From Eledone cirrhosa (Eukaryota): a DNA stretch of 64,000 nucleotides. Below, piece by piece: positions 1 to 13,058 of the stretch. The first letter of the stretch is position 1. Every line of letters begins with the position of its first letter. Location: NCBI GenBank assembly GCA_964016885.1, contig OZ024742.1, positions 191,766,001-191,830,000 of the forward strand. Direction: 5' to 3'. The translations under genes were made by a program, and so were the position numbers. A model generated the notes under the pieces. That model made no database searches. It saw only the letters and a list, made by a program, of their open reading frames with translations, and was not told where the DNA came from.

Positions 1-445
1 GTAGGTGGCATTATATCTGTCGTAAGATGTGATTGAAAGAACTGAGGACAGACACATTCCTCTTCGGCTAATCCTACATCAACATTTCCATGTTTCATTA
101 GGAACGGTAGATGAGCGTGGAGAGGAAAACGCTGTCACCCATGAAATTTGTTGAAAGGTGTGTGAAAGTTTCCAACACAGACGAGTGAATGGATTTACAT
201 ACAGCAACCAGCTGTAGGCTGGGAAACGATAATTTAAGGAGCCGAGTTTCCCCTGGTGGTCAACGTTGATCAAGTTTCGAGGTGGTTCTTTAATTGTCCT
301 TTGATAGCTATCCTGCATATTAAGAACTTATACAATTCTATTTTGTTTGTTAGCTATATATGTTTTATTCCATGTTTACATGATCCCATCTAACCTTCTA
401 TACATTCTATATTTGTGTTTTGTCCTTATGTCATTCTAATAAAAT
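1..445 (+). mobile_element. Decayed 3' end of a Tx1/L1-like non-LTR retrotransposon
   Basis: Stop-interrupted + frame reads LKELRTDTFLFG*SYINISMFH*ER*MSVERKTLSPMKFVERCVKV. A similar peptide occurs on the - strand at ~25.7-25.9 kb. AATAAA lies near 438. The clade call is from recollection of similar LINE C-termini. Confidence 0.4.
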
Positions 446-454
446 TTCTACCTG

Positions 455-662
455 AGAATTGGTAGAGCATCGGACAAGATGTTTTACAGCATTTGGTTAC
501 GAGCTGCTAATTTCTTGAGTTCAAATCCTTGTGCGTTTACCATTACCTTTCATCCTTCCGAGGTCTATGAAATAAAATAGTAATCGAACATAGGGGTAGA
601 TATAATTGACTCAGCCCTGCCATCACACACATTACTGGTTTTGAGCCAAGATTAGAAACCAT
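455..662 (+). mobile_element. tRNA-derived SINE with Meta-like central domain (diverged copy)
   Basis: Shares ggtagagcatcggac...gagttcaaatcc...cctttcatccttccgaggtc...ataaaata...agattagaaac with the copies at 1575, 49238 and 52644. Confidence 0.65.
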
Positions 663-673
663 CACCATCATTA

Positions 674-1506
674 TCTATATATCTGAAACAGAATGTCTGT
701 CTCTCTGTCCCCCTAAAACTCAAGAACCACCAAACCGACATTTTTCAAACTTTACACATGTAATACTTATGGTCGTGTGAGTGTTTTGCGCAAATAATAT
801 TTCAAATTCTCAATGTCCTAAAAACCGCATTAGGCGAGAAGCCGCATATTTTAGGTTTTAAAGGCTTTTTTGAGGCATAACGGAACAATAATCCAGGCGA
901 TTTCTTCAACATTTGCATTACTTATGCGTTTAAAGTATTTTGAGAAAAAGGATGTTCTCATTTTTGGCCCCAGGGACCGCATTAGACGAAAAACTGATTT
1001 TTTGAAGCTCGAGAAGTACCCAACCGAATTTTTTTTTGAATTTGCATATGCATTACTTATGTTTCACACATTTTCTTGACTGAAAATCATTTCAAATTTT
1101 TACCCGGGGACCGCATTGTTTAGAATTTTGGTTGCATTAGGGCCTGTAACGTTAAAAGTATCCAACTAAATTCCTTCATGCTCTCCACCACTGCAGTCCC
1201 ACATGCTTACTGCTCTGTAACTATTGCTTTCATTGTGCCATAGCACAATAAATACATGTTCGGTTTGTCGAATGCCTTTTAACTTAACCCTATCGTTTTG
1301 GCTTTCGTGGGTTGAACATTTTACACTCAGACATCCAATTAAGTTAAACCCCTGGTAAACTACGACGAATTTTTTTTATAAGCACAAAATGTAAACACCA
1401 TCCCCAGGCCGAGGTATTCCTTACTTCTCTGTACTGTTTCCGAAAGAAGGGATACACATGCCAATCTATGTTTAGAATCCCGAGCAACGCCGGGCCATTA
1501 TGCTAG
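674..1506 (+). mobile_element. Non-autonomous Helitron
   Basis: Starts TCTATATAT...GAATGTCTGTC after an A. Ends with hairpin cccgagcaacgccggg and CTAG (1503-1506) before a T. No TSD. Ends resemble the Helitron at 6952-10264. Confidence 0.8.
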
Positions 1507-1574
1507 TTATTATTAGTAGTGCACTGGGTAATCGCTGGCCTTGTGCCTAAAGTAGAAACAATTATTATAGCTAT

Positions 1575-1760
1575 TGGATTGGCAATATCGGTAGAGGGTC
1601 GGACGCCATGCTTTGACGCATAGTTACGCCCCTTGCCATTCTGAGTTAAAATCTCGCCGAGATTAACTTTGCCTTTCATCCTTACGGGGTCGATAAAATA
1701 AAGTACCAGTAATGTACTGGTTAATTGGTGGCCTTGTGCCAAAAGTAGAAACAATTATTA
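1575..1760 (+). mobile_element. tRNA-derived SINE (Meta-like domain), full length, preceded by a 5'-truncated copy at ~1517-1565
   Basis: ggattggcaatatcggtagagggtcggacg...gcctttcatccttacggggtcgataaaataaagtaccag...gtagaaacaattatta. The flank ttatagctattg is duplicated on both sides (TSD-like). Confidence 0.8.
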
Positions 1761-2019
1761 TAGCTATTGTCGTTACGTTATGCCAACCAGTTGTCAGAAC
1801 TGCTAAAAGATCGAACTAAATAACCTATAAGGTTTCATATCATTAGCCTTTGTTCTGTATTCAAATATCAGAATATTTCACATTCATCCTCTGAGATCGA
1901 TACGATGAATATTTTAGTGAGACTGATCGAATCAACTGAACCCTTCAATCACAAAACAAATTGGTGTTGTTCCAATGTAAGACAGGATTATTGCTTATAT
2001 TGATATTAGTTGGGTTTGC

Positions 2020-2570
<551 letters not shown>

Positions 2571-3970
2571 ATACGTATAAGTATATACGTATAAGTATAT
2601 ACGTATAAGTATATTAAACATACATACATTCATACACATACCTACACGCATGCGTACATTTAAATATAACATGAGTGGCTCAAATAGATATGAGTTGGAC
2701 GAGATATATTTTTAATCAGAATTCTCAGTGGGGGTTTACTTTCTCTTTCTACTGCCCCCTCACCCACGACCACAGGTCTATGAAATAAATATTGATAAGA
2801 TACGGTAGCTGATTCAATTAACACTATCCCGACACTTCACAAAAGGGTACATTTACAGTTTATCAAAACAATGTTTCCTTCACAATATAATTGTCAATTG
2901 TCATTACGAAACACTTTGGTCATTATCATCATGGTAGTTAGTTGTGGATCCTTTTTTTTGTTTACGGTTCAAGGTGAAGGCTTCTCCGTTGGTCTCGACG
3001 ATGAATATTCACTTGTTTGAGCAACTAAGCTCCTAATCATGAACTGTGTGAGCAGCTGTGTATTTCACAATCACGTGCACACTGAAAGTAATCCTCAAAA
3101 TGAATTAGCGTTAAAGATAATACAGAGAGGAGGGAGGGTGAGGAAGAGAGGACAAGGAGGGAGAGAAGATCGGATTCGGAGAGAAAACAAATTGTGTTTT
3201 TGTTGTTGTTGCTGCTGGCGGTGGCGGCTGTGGCTGCGCCAGTGGCTTCGGAGTGGTTACTGGTGTTGTTTAGCCCCCAGTGAATCCTGATAATGCACAA
3301 ACACATTCTACTTATCACATTATGGACGAGTTATGGCACTTTATTGAATGTATCAATTTTTTGAGGCGGTAGAGTGTGATTTGAGATTCTGAGGAAGACT
3401 TAATTGCCGCTTTGTGTTGCATTGCGAATCTGACACACAATTGTTTTCTCGTGATCCTGACAGTAACATAACATTGGTCTAATGTTGAACAGTCCGACAC
3501 GAATACAGAGAGAAAACTATTGGGGCGAAGACGCTTCCTCCTCGAGGACGCACCCTAATTTTGATAACCAAAAATAAAAAGAATAAAAATAAAATAATAA
3601 AGAACCTTCGGCTTCCAGGACGCAAGGTAGATTTTTGAGAATTATTATAGGAAAAAAGTAGCGTCTTCGACGCCGGGAAATACGATGCAGCAAACTTTGC
3701 TTTTTAAAGACATTGTTGCCGTTACATTTATTTTTTATTTTGGTATTTTTGGCAGAGCCGTTAGAATGTCAGATAGAATACTTTGCGGTGTTCGTGTCGT
3801 GTCTCTGTTCTCAAATCCCGCCGTGGTCAACTTTGCCTTTCATCTATTCAAGGTCGAGGAAAAATGTATCAGTCTACTACTGGGTTCTAATCTTCCTCTA
3901 TATCTCTTTCCCACTCCCATCTCTCAATCACTCTATCCTTCTCCAGAAGACCTGGTGAGGATTGTGCCAC

Positions 3971-4345
3971 GCTAGGTTTAAAAATTGCCCTAGCAACACC
4001 GTATGTTAATACGGCGCCCCTGCAGCTCCCTTGGGAGTTAGAAGACCATGCATGCATGCATTGTTGTGTTTATTGTTGTTTGTGTTTCGACTAGGTCTCG
4101 CTAGGTTTAAAAGGTGCCTTAGCAACACCGTGTGTTAATACGGCGGCCCTGCATCTCCCTTAGGAGTTAGAAGACCATGCATGCATGCATTGTTGTCTTT
4201 ATTGTTGTTTGTGTTTCGACTAGGTCTCGCTAGGTTTAAAAGGTGCCGTAGCAACACTGTATGTTAATACGGCGGCCCTGCAGCCCCCTTAGGGGTTAGA
4301 AGACCATGCATGCATTGTTGTGTTTATTGTTGTTTGTGTTTCAAC
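3971..4345. repeat. 129-bp tandem repeat, ~3 copies
   Basis: Unit gctaggtttaaaa...ttagaagaccatgcatgcatgc...tttcgactaggtctc starts at 3971, 4100 and 4229. Confidence 0.9.
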
Positions 4346-5083
4346 TATTGCTTTATTCCTTGTGTCTAATGTACACACAATGTTTTTTGTTCTTGATAAC
4401 CTCCAACTGGTATTTGTATCAATTGTTGTTGCTCTTCTTGTTTAAGGATATTAATATTATTATATTAATATAACAAAATGGCGTAGGATAGAAGAAAGGA
4501 AAGGCACAGAAACGAAGAAAGGAATCCCCAGTCACTGAAGAGGTCACATAGTGTGTGACGAAAGGACTATGACTATATATATAAACAACTATCTGGTTGT
4601 GGAACCAACCAACCAACCAGAAATTTATAAATTTGTAAATTTATAAATTTATAAATATATAATAAATTGAAGTGAAAGCAACTGGTGCGTGTGTTTCTTA
4701 TTGGCAACATGACCCTCCCAAAGTATAACAATATCGGTTTCAACACACGATTTCAGATAAAGAATCTTGCTAAACAAATTCAGAAACGGAATATTATTTG
4801 TGTTTGTTGTTAGTACTTATGCTGGTGTTGTTTTTGTTACTCAAGTTAATATTATTGTAGTGATTGATTTTGCAACTGTTGCTGCTTCTTTTCAACCAGC
4901 GATTTTTCTATCGTATATATATATGCATATGTATATATACGTATGTATATATATATGTATATATATATGTATGTATATATATATATGTATATATATATGT
5001 ATGTATATATATATATGTGTGTATGTATGCATGTATGTATATATGTATGTATGCTTATCTAACTATATGTATATATATATATA

Positions 5084-5135
<52 letters not shown>

Positions 5136-5140
5136 TATAT

Positions 5141-5202
<62 letters not shown>

Positions 5203-5209
<7 letters not shown>

Positions 5210-5604
5210 TAAACAAATAATGAACAAACAATTCCTTATATTAAACAAAAAAAGTTCACTATTTAACGATCGTTTCTAGGGCATATATGTGCTATAATTG
5301 GTATGTATATTTAATCTTGATAATTTGTATAATTTTGTATAATTTTGTACATAGATCTGTTAAATATGCATACCAATTATAGCACATATATGCCCTAGAA
5401 ACGATCGTTAAATAGTGAACTTTTTTTGTTTAATATAAGGAATTGTTTGTTCATTATTTGTTTAATATTTTATCTTGACTCTGTATACCGTTTATCTTTC
5501 ACCGAAATTGGATTTTCATTACATCTCTTCTTTCCATGATATCCGGAATACATTGAGTTCTTCATACGGATTGGACACTACCGTAAACTCTTGGTAGATT
5601 TATC

Positions 5605-5608
<4 letters not shown>
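5203..5608. mobile_element. Fold-back (inverted-repeat) insertion in (TA)n, probable PLE pLTR remnant
   Basis: ~110-bp near-perfect inverted arms at 5203-5314 and 5360-5471, with the right arm extended to ~5608. (TA)n on both sides. Confidence 0.6.
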
Positions 5609-5642
<34 letters not shown>

Positions 5643-5732
5643 GTATATGTATATATATATATATATATATATGTGTGGGTGTGTGTGGGTGGGTGTCTAT
5701 CTAAGTGTATATTTGTATATATGTGTATATTT

Positions 5733-5767
<35 letters not shown>

Positions 5768-6064
5768 TATATTTGTGCATATGTATACATGTTGTTATTC
5801 CCCTTTGCTTCTCTTTTTGTCAGCTTTGTTAACCCGTCTAACATTATTACCATTGTTATCCTAATCATTGGTTGAGACTCCATTCAACTTAATGTCGACT
5901 TGCTGGCGGCTACACACACGGGAGAAAGAAAAAATGGCGTCGAAATCGAATAAGTTTCATTTATTGATCCTTGTTGAATCAGTTCTCTCTCCCTCTTCAC
6001 AATCCTCTCACTTTGTCCTTTTCTTTTCTCTGTCCCTGTTTCTTTACCATTAACGGTCGTTCTT

Positions 6065-6123
6065 TCTGTCTCTCTCTCTCTCTCTCTCTTTCCCTCTTCT
6101 ATGTTCTGACTATTTCTCCCTGC

Positions 6124-6169
<46 letters not shown>

Positions 6170-6304
6170 CTGAATCACTCTCTCTCTCTCTCTCTCTATC
6201 TATCTCTCTCTATCTATCTATCTCTCTGATCTCTCTTTGCATCGCTCTCTTTCTCTCTCTATCTCACTCTTTCTCTCTTTCTCCCTCTCACACGCTGCAT
6301 CCCT

Positions 6305-6360
<56 letters not shown>

Positions 6361-6490
6361 TTATATTCCTCACGCGCTTATATTCTCCATAACTCTGTAT
6401 CTAAATCGGTCCGTCCCTTTCTCACTCTCCCTCTCTCTCTGTCACTCTATCTCTCTCTCTACCTTTCTCTCTCACTCACTTTTTCACTTT
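6065..6490. repeat. (TC)n-rich microsatellite
   Basis: Directly visible. Confidence 0.9.
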
Positions 6491-8376
6491 CTGGTAGATT
6501 GATATATATCCCTCTTCATTCTAATCATAATTTTCTTGTAGTAAAACTACGCATTGATATACGAAAGGGGAATATATATATCAATAAACCCGTACGTGTT
6601 TACACACAAACCAGTTAACATCTCAATATTCATATTGTTTTTGACTTTTTATTCTTTTAGTAAATATTGATTGACTTTGCATGTCAAAATTTGAAGGTAA
6701 ATAATATAAGGTAAAAATCTACAGTAGTGAATATCGTAAACGTTAGAAAAGGCATGGGCAACCTCTTTTCGAGAAGCGGGCCGCATGTGATATGGCTCAT
6801 CATCAGGCGGGGCGCAAGCGCTAATTTACATTCGTGCCTACATTAAAAAGAAGGACGGTAACTCAGGTTGTTTTGATTTGTTCTTCAGAATTCGTACACG
6901 TTGTTTTCCTCGATCGTAAAAATGATACAAAAGATAAATTACGACTGAAAATCTATATATATAAAACAGAAAATGTCTGTCTCTTTGTGTAACCGCATGC
7001 ATTTCTACATTTTACAACCGATTTGCACCAAATTTCATACATAGGTTTCTGAAGACCTATTATGCGTCGAAGGGTATTTTATTTTTCCGTACATCGACTG
7101 TTCCCCCCCCCCCCCATGGGCAGGTAACCCCCTTAAGCCTCTCGCTTGGAGTCAGCAGTACTACTGCATAAAGGCCCCATAATTCCTGCAATTTGCCTCC
7201 CGTCTTCACCGAAATTAATCTTTTGTTTGCTTATGGCCTACAAATAAATTTGCAGGCATGCACTTGCGCAGAAATTCGGGTAGGAGACCCCTTGATGGGC
7301 AGTAAACCGACTTGATGAATGTTGAAGTTGATATCATCAATGCAATAAAACATCATAACTGCTTGAGTTGGTGTTGGTTTTCACGAAGCGAGACGTATTG
7401 CTTACACATGGCTTATAAAGGAAGGTGAATACATGAACTTTTACTTGAACTTATGAAGGGGACCCCAGGGGGCGGGGGTAAACCCTTCGACTTATCTGTT
7501 GAAGTTCACATTAACACTGTATTAGTACCTGATAACTTTTGAAGTTGACATTCGATCTTCGTTTTCACTTTCAAAACAACAATCATCGTTGGATGAAATC
7601 GTCGGATGAAATTTCAGAAATATAAACATCTGATTCATTTGAAGATAAATCACTAATATTATCTTTAGTTTCTTGTTCATTTTGAATGTCGTCATGTGTA
7701 AAAACTTAAAGTTGGTATCGTTACTTTCACAAGCCATGTTGATACAAACAAAAAATCTGCTCTACTTTCAACGTTAAAAAAACACGTGTTGTTTTAAGTT
7801 GTTTCACTATATTAAGTGTTAATTTTTGCGGTAACGGCCTAATCTCGCTGTAATCTCGAATTAACGAGATTTTGATGATGGTATTGTTTATTTTTAGAAC
7901 GATATTTAAGTGTGGGTGTTACGGCCGGTTTTGGGTGGTTTGAACAAATGAAGGGGAAAAAATTTCGGCCGGTTTGAACACTAAAGGGTTAAATGTCGTT
8001 TAGTTAATGTGTTTATGGTCATAAGGTTCCAGTTTATCATGCTGTGATTTTTCGGCCATTTTTGCCTGTATCCTTTCAATGGTTAGTACTTACTTATTGC
8101 TATGTTCGAACTGAACAAACATACTGACACTTATATACCTACCACTGTAGCCACACTATTTAATTTCCTTTATCACAGGTATTCCGTACGCTGCGTTGCC
8201 CCTAACTTAAAACCTGACATTTGACTGGTACACAAAATCTTGCAAAACATACTCACTTTCTCAGACCACATAGATTTATCTCATTTTTTCACAATTTATA
8301 TCCGTGTTCAGATTTGGTTACTTAAACGTTATTTGTCCACTATTTATCGTTCTCCCTGGTTAATTTTCTAAAAACA

Positions 8377-8965
8377 ATGCCCCCCAAGAAAAGAACTTTC
8401 ATTGGTCGATTATTTAATGATGCAAGTAGGTCTAAGCGAAGGCGTCTCACCGAAGATGTAAATGCGACTGCGATCAGGCTCTCGCAGAACGCTGTGCAAG
8501 AGCGGAGGAGGATGACAGTTGGCGTGAACTTCGACGGAACAAAGATGCTGCCGCAACTACTGCTACGCGAGCGCGAGAGGATGAGGGCAACGCGCCCTTC
8601 GATGAAGCAGGGACTCTACTGCAACAGCCGCTGCTCGCGCGCGAGAGATTAAGGATGACGTGCCGTTCGACGAAGCAGGGACGCCACTGTAACAGCCGCT
8701 GCTCGCGCGCGAGAGGATGAAGGACGACGCGCCGTTCGAAGAAGTAGGGACGCCACTGCAACATCCGCTGCTCGCGCTCGAGAGGATGAAGGACGACGCG
8801 TCGTTCTGTGAACCAGGGCCGCCTCTGCAACAGCCACTGCTCACGCTCGAGAGGATGAAGGACGACGCGCCGTTTGACGCCGCTGCCACTGTTGCTGCAC
8901 AAAATACTGAAACTATAGAGCAACGACGTAGCCGACTTCTGCAAAGTGAACAGCGGCGATCATAG
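8377..8965 (+). pseudogene. Helitron RepHel N-terminus with 69-bp (23-aa, STPR-like) repeats, frameshifted
   Basis: Starts MPPKKR. Units gaggatgaaggacgacgcgcc... at 8713, 8782 and 8851 are spaced 69 bp and encode EDEGRRAVRRSRDATATxAARAR. Confidence 0.65.
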
Positions 8966-9059
8966 TTACGTCGCATTTCTAGGACTTGCAATTCACGATC
9001 GTTGTTGAAGGCCTTTAACTACGACCCCTCCTCCGACTACACTGTGATTTCCTGGAAAC

Positions 9060-9588
9060 CTGCACCTCTACAAGTCCCTTGACTCTGTGGCTGATCCGGA
9101 CGAAGTTGTTAATTACCCCCACATAATTTCTTAACTCCCTAGACCCTCTCGGATTGACTTCACACTTACTGCGACTTAAGAAAGGTGCCCCTGTCATGCT
9201 CCTCAAGAATTTGGAAGCCCGAAAGCTTTCCAACGGCACGCGTCTGGTCGTCCAAAAGGCGATAACTCATGTTATTGAAGCAACAATACTTACAGGATGT
9301 GGTAAGGGTTATACTGTCTTCATACCAAGGAAACCTCTCATTCCATCCGGTAAAGACATCCCTTTCACATTCAGAAGGCTGCAATTCATTCTCTGGCTCA
9401 GTCTCGCCATGTCGATTAACAAATCCCAGGGTCAGACGCTGACGGTCGTAGGGCTTAATTTAGAAGAACCATGCTTCTCCCATGGTCAACTATATGTTGG
9501 CTGCTCTCGAGTGGGAAGCCGACATAACCTATTTGCTTTTGCAACTCGCGAGAAAACACAAAATATAGTCTATAAGGAAGTTTTTTAG
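9060..9588 (+). pseudogene. Helitron PIF1-like helicase C-terminal fragment
   Basis: LRLKKGAPVMLLKNL..LSNGTRL..AMSINKSQGQTL..FSHGQLYVGCSRV..TQNIVYKEVF matches SF1 PIF1 motifs V/VI typical of Helitrons. Confidence 0.9.
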
Positions 9589-10970
9589 GCACCCCATCTG
9601 CCAACAAGTAATCGGAGTTTTTTTTTTGTATAAGTGCTTATATTTGCTGTATCCGTGTGCTATTTTTGTCCTTTTGACAATACCATGTACACCTCTGAGG
9701 TTGCTTTTGTTATACGTTATAAATGTTCAAAATCTCTGTTTTCCGCATGTATATGTTGCTATCACGCTTTGCTATCGATGTTCCGTAGTTTTAACCTAAT
9801 TAATCTACTTTTCCCTACATCTTATTTACACATTGTTTTGACATTACAGCGTGATCTTGCCAAGGCCGTATTTGTGGCGACCGACTGTTACATGCTTTTC
9901 TATGTTACAATCTCAAAAAACAAGCAAAGCAAATACGACACACCAGTGTGGTGTGAAGGACTTCTTAAGGGCCACCACCTCTAATCGGAGTTGTCTTTGC
10001 TGACAGCTCTGCCGCTGGGACTTTTAAGATTGACCGATCCAAGGCTCTCTCTAGGGCCACCAACTTTAAATAGTTACCATCGGATTTGTCTTTGCTGCCA
10101 GCACCGCCGCTGAGATATTTCAAAGTGATTGTTCAAAGGTCCTCTTTAGGGCCAACACCTATAAATTGTTACTTCTATAGTGGTATTTAACGGAAGTCTT
10201 TCGGTTCATTTGAACGACTACACCATTGAGAGTTATGCGGGGCAACGCCGGGTAGCTCTGCTAGTTTGGAGTAAAAAATATAAGAAAGATTTCAGTTAGG
10301 TGACTTAGGTGTGGAATTCAGAAAGCTTCGCGGGCCGCAGGTTGCCCACGGCTGCGTTAGAATATCGGGCGAGATACCTTCCGGTGTTCGTTATTATTGT
10401 GTTATTGCGCTCTGAGTTCATACATTCTCCAATTTGTGACTCTAAGCATCAGTACAAATACTATCACATATCCAGATCCAAGCTTTGAGGATATCTTGTT
10501 GTCTCTTTCCTTCACTCTCATCAGTCTCGTAGGCCTCGAAAGATGGCATTTTCAAGCTGTTCCCTCCTGAGTAGGTGATTAAAAACACAACATCAAAGAC
10601 TAACATTTGCTTCTTAAGTTCTTTATAGTTATGCTTTCATCTTGCTCTTTAATTTTGAGAAGTTCCAGGCGTAGCTTTCTAATAGTAAACCTCTCAATTT
10701 ATTATTGACAATAATAATTTGGTGCACACTGGATATAAAAATAAAACTCCTAAATTCCAGTAGATTTGCTTTATTCTTCAGTACATTTCCGTTGTAATTT
10801 GAATGATGAATGGCTACTGGCAAAAACCGTCAATGCAATATACATATTTAACACAAACATTACACTCAATAATTTTTCACTTACTCACTGAAGTACAAAT
10901 CCCCTACTTCTAAACCTTGCTTTTCAGCAAAACTTGATTTTAATGCATCATCGATTGTATTTATTATAGA

Positions 10971-11365
10971 TACTCTCAGGTCTTGATTAATCGTCCACTC
11001 CCACAACCACCGCTTATTAATTTTTCGGATTTTTTCCAACACCAAAACCCACTTTTATTTCAACTAATATTATTAAATCTTACTAATCTATCTCCGGCGA
11101 AATTTTATTGCAAATGATTCATATTGATACAGCAGCTGGAGAATCTAATAAATTCATTTTGAATAAAAAAATAAACATTATATATGACAAAAGAGAACGT
11201 TACAAGAAATCCCATATTTACGAACATCCATTATACAATGAATGGTTTCCCAACACCCCGAGCCACAGTTTATTCCAACACTCCCATGCTTATAAGAATT
11301 TAAGCAACTGTCCACCCAACCCCGCTTATTCTTCCCCCTCCCCTATTATTTGAGACCCGAGGGTA
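10971..11365. mobile_element. Probable MITE with ~21-bp imperfect TIRs
   Basis: Left end TACTCTCAGGTCTTGATTAAT versus reverse complement of the right end TACCCTCGGGTCTCAAATAAT. Internal ccgcttatt motif repeated. Confidence 0.45.
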
Positions 11366-11693
11366 ATTGAAACATAACCATTTCTATAACGAATTTTGGA
11401 TTAATAGAAGAAAGAAATAGGATTTATTTTTGGTATATATTATTATTGCTTCGGTTATTGTTGTCATTTAACAGCAGAATTATCATGTTTCATAAGTACA
11501 AAAAATTGTTTGCACTCAGAATCGTTTATGCATCACCAACGAATAGATTGAGTATTTAGAAGAGGATAATATATAAGGTAAATAAATATTTGCAATAATA
11601 TTGTCCCTGTGAAATCCTTGGTACATACACAACTAAACGATATATCATTAAAGTACACACACACACACAGACACACACACACATATATATATA

Positions 11694-11915
11694 GTGAAGG
11701 CATGTGGCTGAGTGGTTAGAGAATTGGATTTGCAGACTTGAGGTTGTAAGTTCGATTCCCGGACCGGGCGATACGTTATGTCTTTGAGCGAGACACTTTA
11801 TTTCACGATGCTCCTTCTACCTGGAGTTGCGACCGATAGATAGTACTAGCAACTGGAAAGACCAACGGAAACATTGTTTCCTCGGTCCGATTTGACGAAA
11901 GTCGATCGATCCTTT
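11694..11915 (+). mobile_element. tRNA-derived CORE-like SINE
   Basis: gtggctgagtggttagag (A box)...gttcgattccc (B box)...gtctttgagcgagacacttta. Close copy at 38671-38890; related copies at 26150-26280 (-) and 32108-32365. Confidence 0.75.
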
Positions 11916-11924
11916 TCTTTTTTA

Positions 11925-12485
11925 TATAGTGTATTTTGCAATACATTGTATGCTTAATTAAAAGCATTTTAAAGACCTTACGCTACTGTTTTAAAGTGGT
12001 GACTATGTGACTTCTTTTTTCGACAAACAAAGGGAGATAATCTTACAGATCTCTGTTTCATACTGTTGGTATTCCTTAGAACTTAACACTCCCCATGTTT
12101 GTTGAAAATTATGAATGTTGGATTTTTATAGAATTCCAGTAATAATCAGGAACTGATTATACAGAGCGGTTGCCGGTCCAGCAAAAATTGAAAATTAGAA
12201 TTGGTGCTCTGAAATAGCGATATATATATGAATGTATATATAGTGTATTTTGCAATACACTGTATGCTTAATTAAAATCATTTTGAAGACCTTACGCTAC
12301 TGTTTTAAAGTAGAAACTATGTAACTTACATCTTTTTTGACGAAAAAAGAAGTGATATAGTCACTACTTTAAAACAATAGCGTAAGGTCTTCAAAATGCT
12401 TTTAATTAAGCATACAGTGTATTGCCAAATACACTGTATATACATTCATATATATATATCGCTATTTCAGAGCACCAATTCTAAT
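11925..12485. mobile_element. Tandem plus inverted pLTR fragments of a PLE family
   Basis: tatagtgtattttgcaatac...gaccttacgctactgttttaaag occurs at 11925 and 12240 and inverted at 12355-12480. Same family at 23190-23605. Confidence 0.6.
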
Positions 12486-12504
12486 TTATATATGTATATG
12501 TATA

Positions 12505-12558
<54 letters not shown>

Positions 12559-12627
12559 TGTGTGTGTGTATGTGTGAATATATATGCACATATTTGTGTC
12601 ATTAGTATACATAAGTATATATATATA

Positions 12628-12806
12628 ACAAGGGAATTGTGGTAAGGAACCAGATGGACCATAACGCACAAGAGTACTCAATACTTAGGGTAGTAGAGTG
12701 GGGAATAGGAAAAAAGTATGACCCCGACGGCGGAGCTCAAGCCGTTTCGAGTCCAGAAATAGCCGTCGAAACGGCTTGAGCTCTGAAGTCGGGGTCATAC
12801 TTTTTT

Positions 12807-12810
<4 letters not shown>
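12628..12810. mobile_element. Short PLE-end fold-back (family gtcgaaacggcttgagctc...ccttaccacatttcc)
   Basis: Inverted arms around 12750-12765, in (TA)n. Family recurs at 22870-22995, 37975-38050, 57527-57632 and 58630-58808. Confidence 0.6.
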
Positions 12811-12870
<60 letters not shown>

Positions 12871-12907
12871 TTATATATATATATATATAGGAAAAAAATT
12901 TGACCTC

Positions 12908-12941
<34 letters not shown>

Positions 12942-13013
12942 GCGAATATATAATTATTTGCATACATAATATATGAAATATAAGAATCAAAGAACTGTTC
13001 AAAACATTTTTAT

Positions 13014-13058
13014 GCTTACAACTGTTTCCTCCAAACCGAAGCTTGGATTCTTCGGAGC
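13014..13058 (-). ncRNA. Hammerhead-ribozyme-like motif (type I, U4C core)
   Basis: Minus strand reads GCU CCGAAGA AUCCAAGC UUCG GUUUGGAG GAAA CAGUUG UA AGC. Confidence 0.6.

Larger units (their letters stand above)
6952..10264 (+). mobile_element. Internally deleted Helitron
   Basis: A|TCTATATATATAAAA 5' end and cggggcaacgccggg...CTAG|T 3' end. Contains RepHel N-terminal and PIF1 C-terminal remnants plus ~97-bp subterminal direct repeats (9985-10170). Confidence 0.9.
6749..10354. mobile_element. hAT-type MITE interrupted by a Helitron
   Basis: Imperfect 16-bp TIRs aaggcatgggcaacct / aggttgcccacggctg, subterminal gcgggccgca at both ends, and 8-bp TSD CGTTAGAA (6741-6748 and 10355-10362). 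Confidence 0.8.

Noticed and set aside
3971-4345. CRISPR-like array
   Set aside because: Full-unit tandem repeats without unique spacers, eukaryotic context, and no cas genes.
4469-4730. Possible solo LTR (AATAAA, ends ...TAACA)
   Set aside because: No clean TG start or matching TSD could be identified.
9154-9588. Host PIF1 helicase gene
   Set aside because: Intronless fragment lying inside clear Helitron termini.
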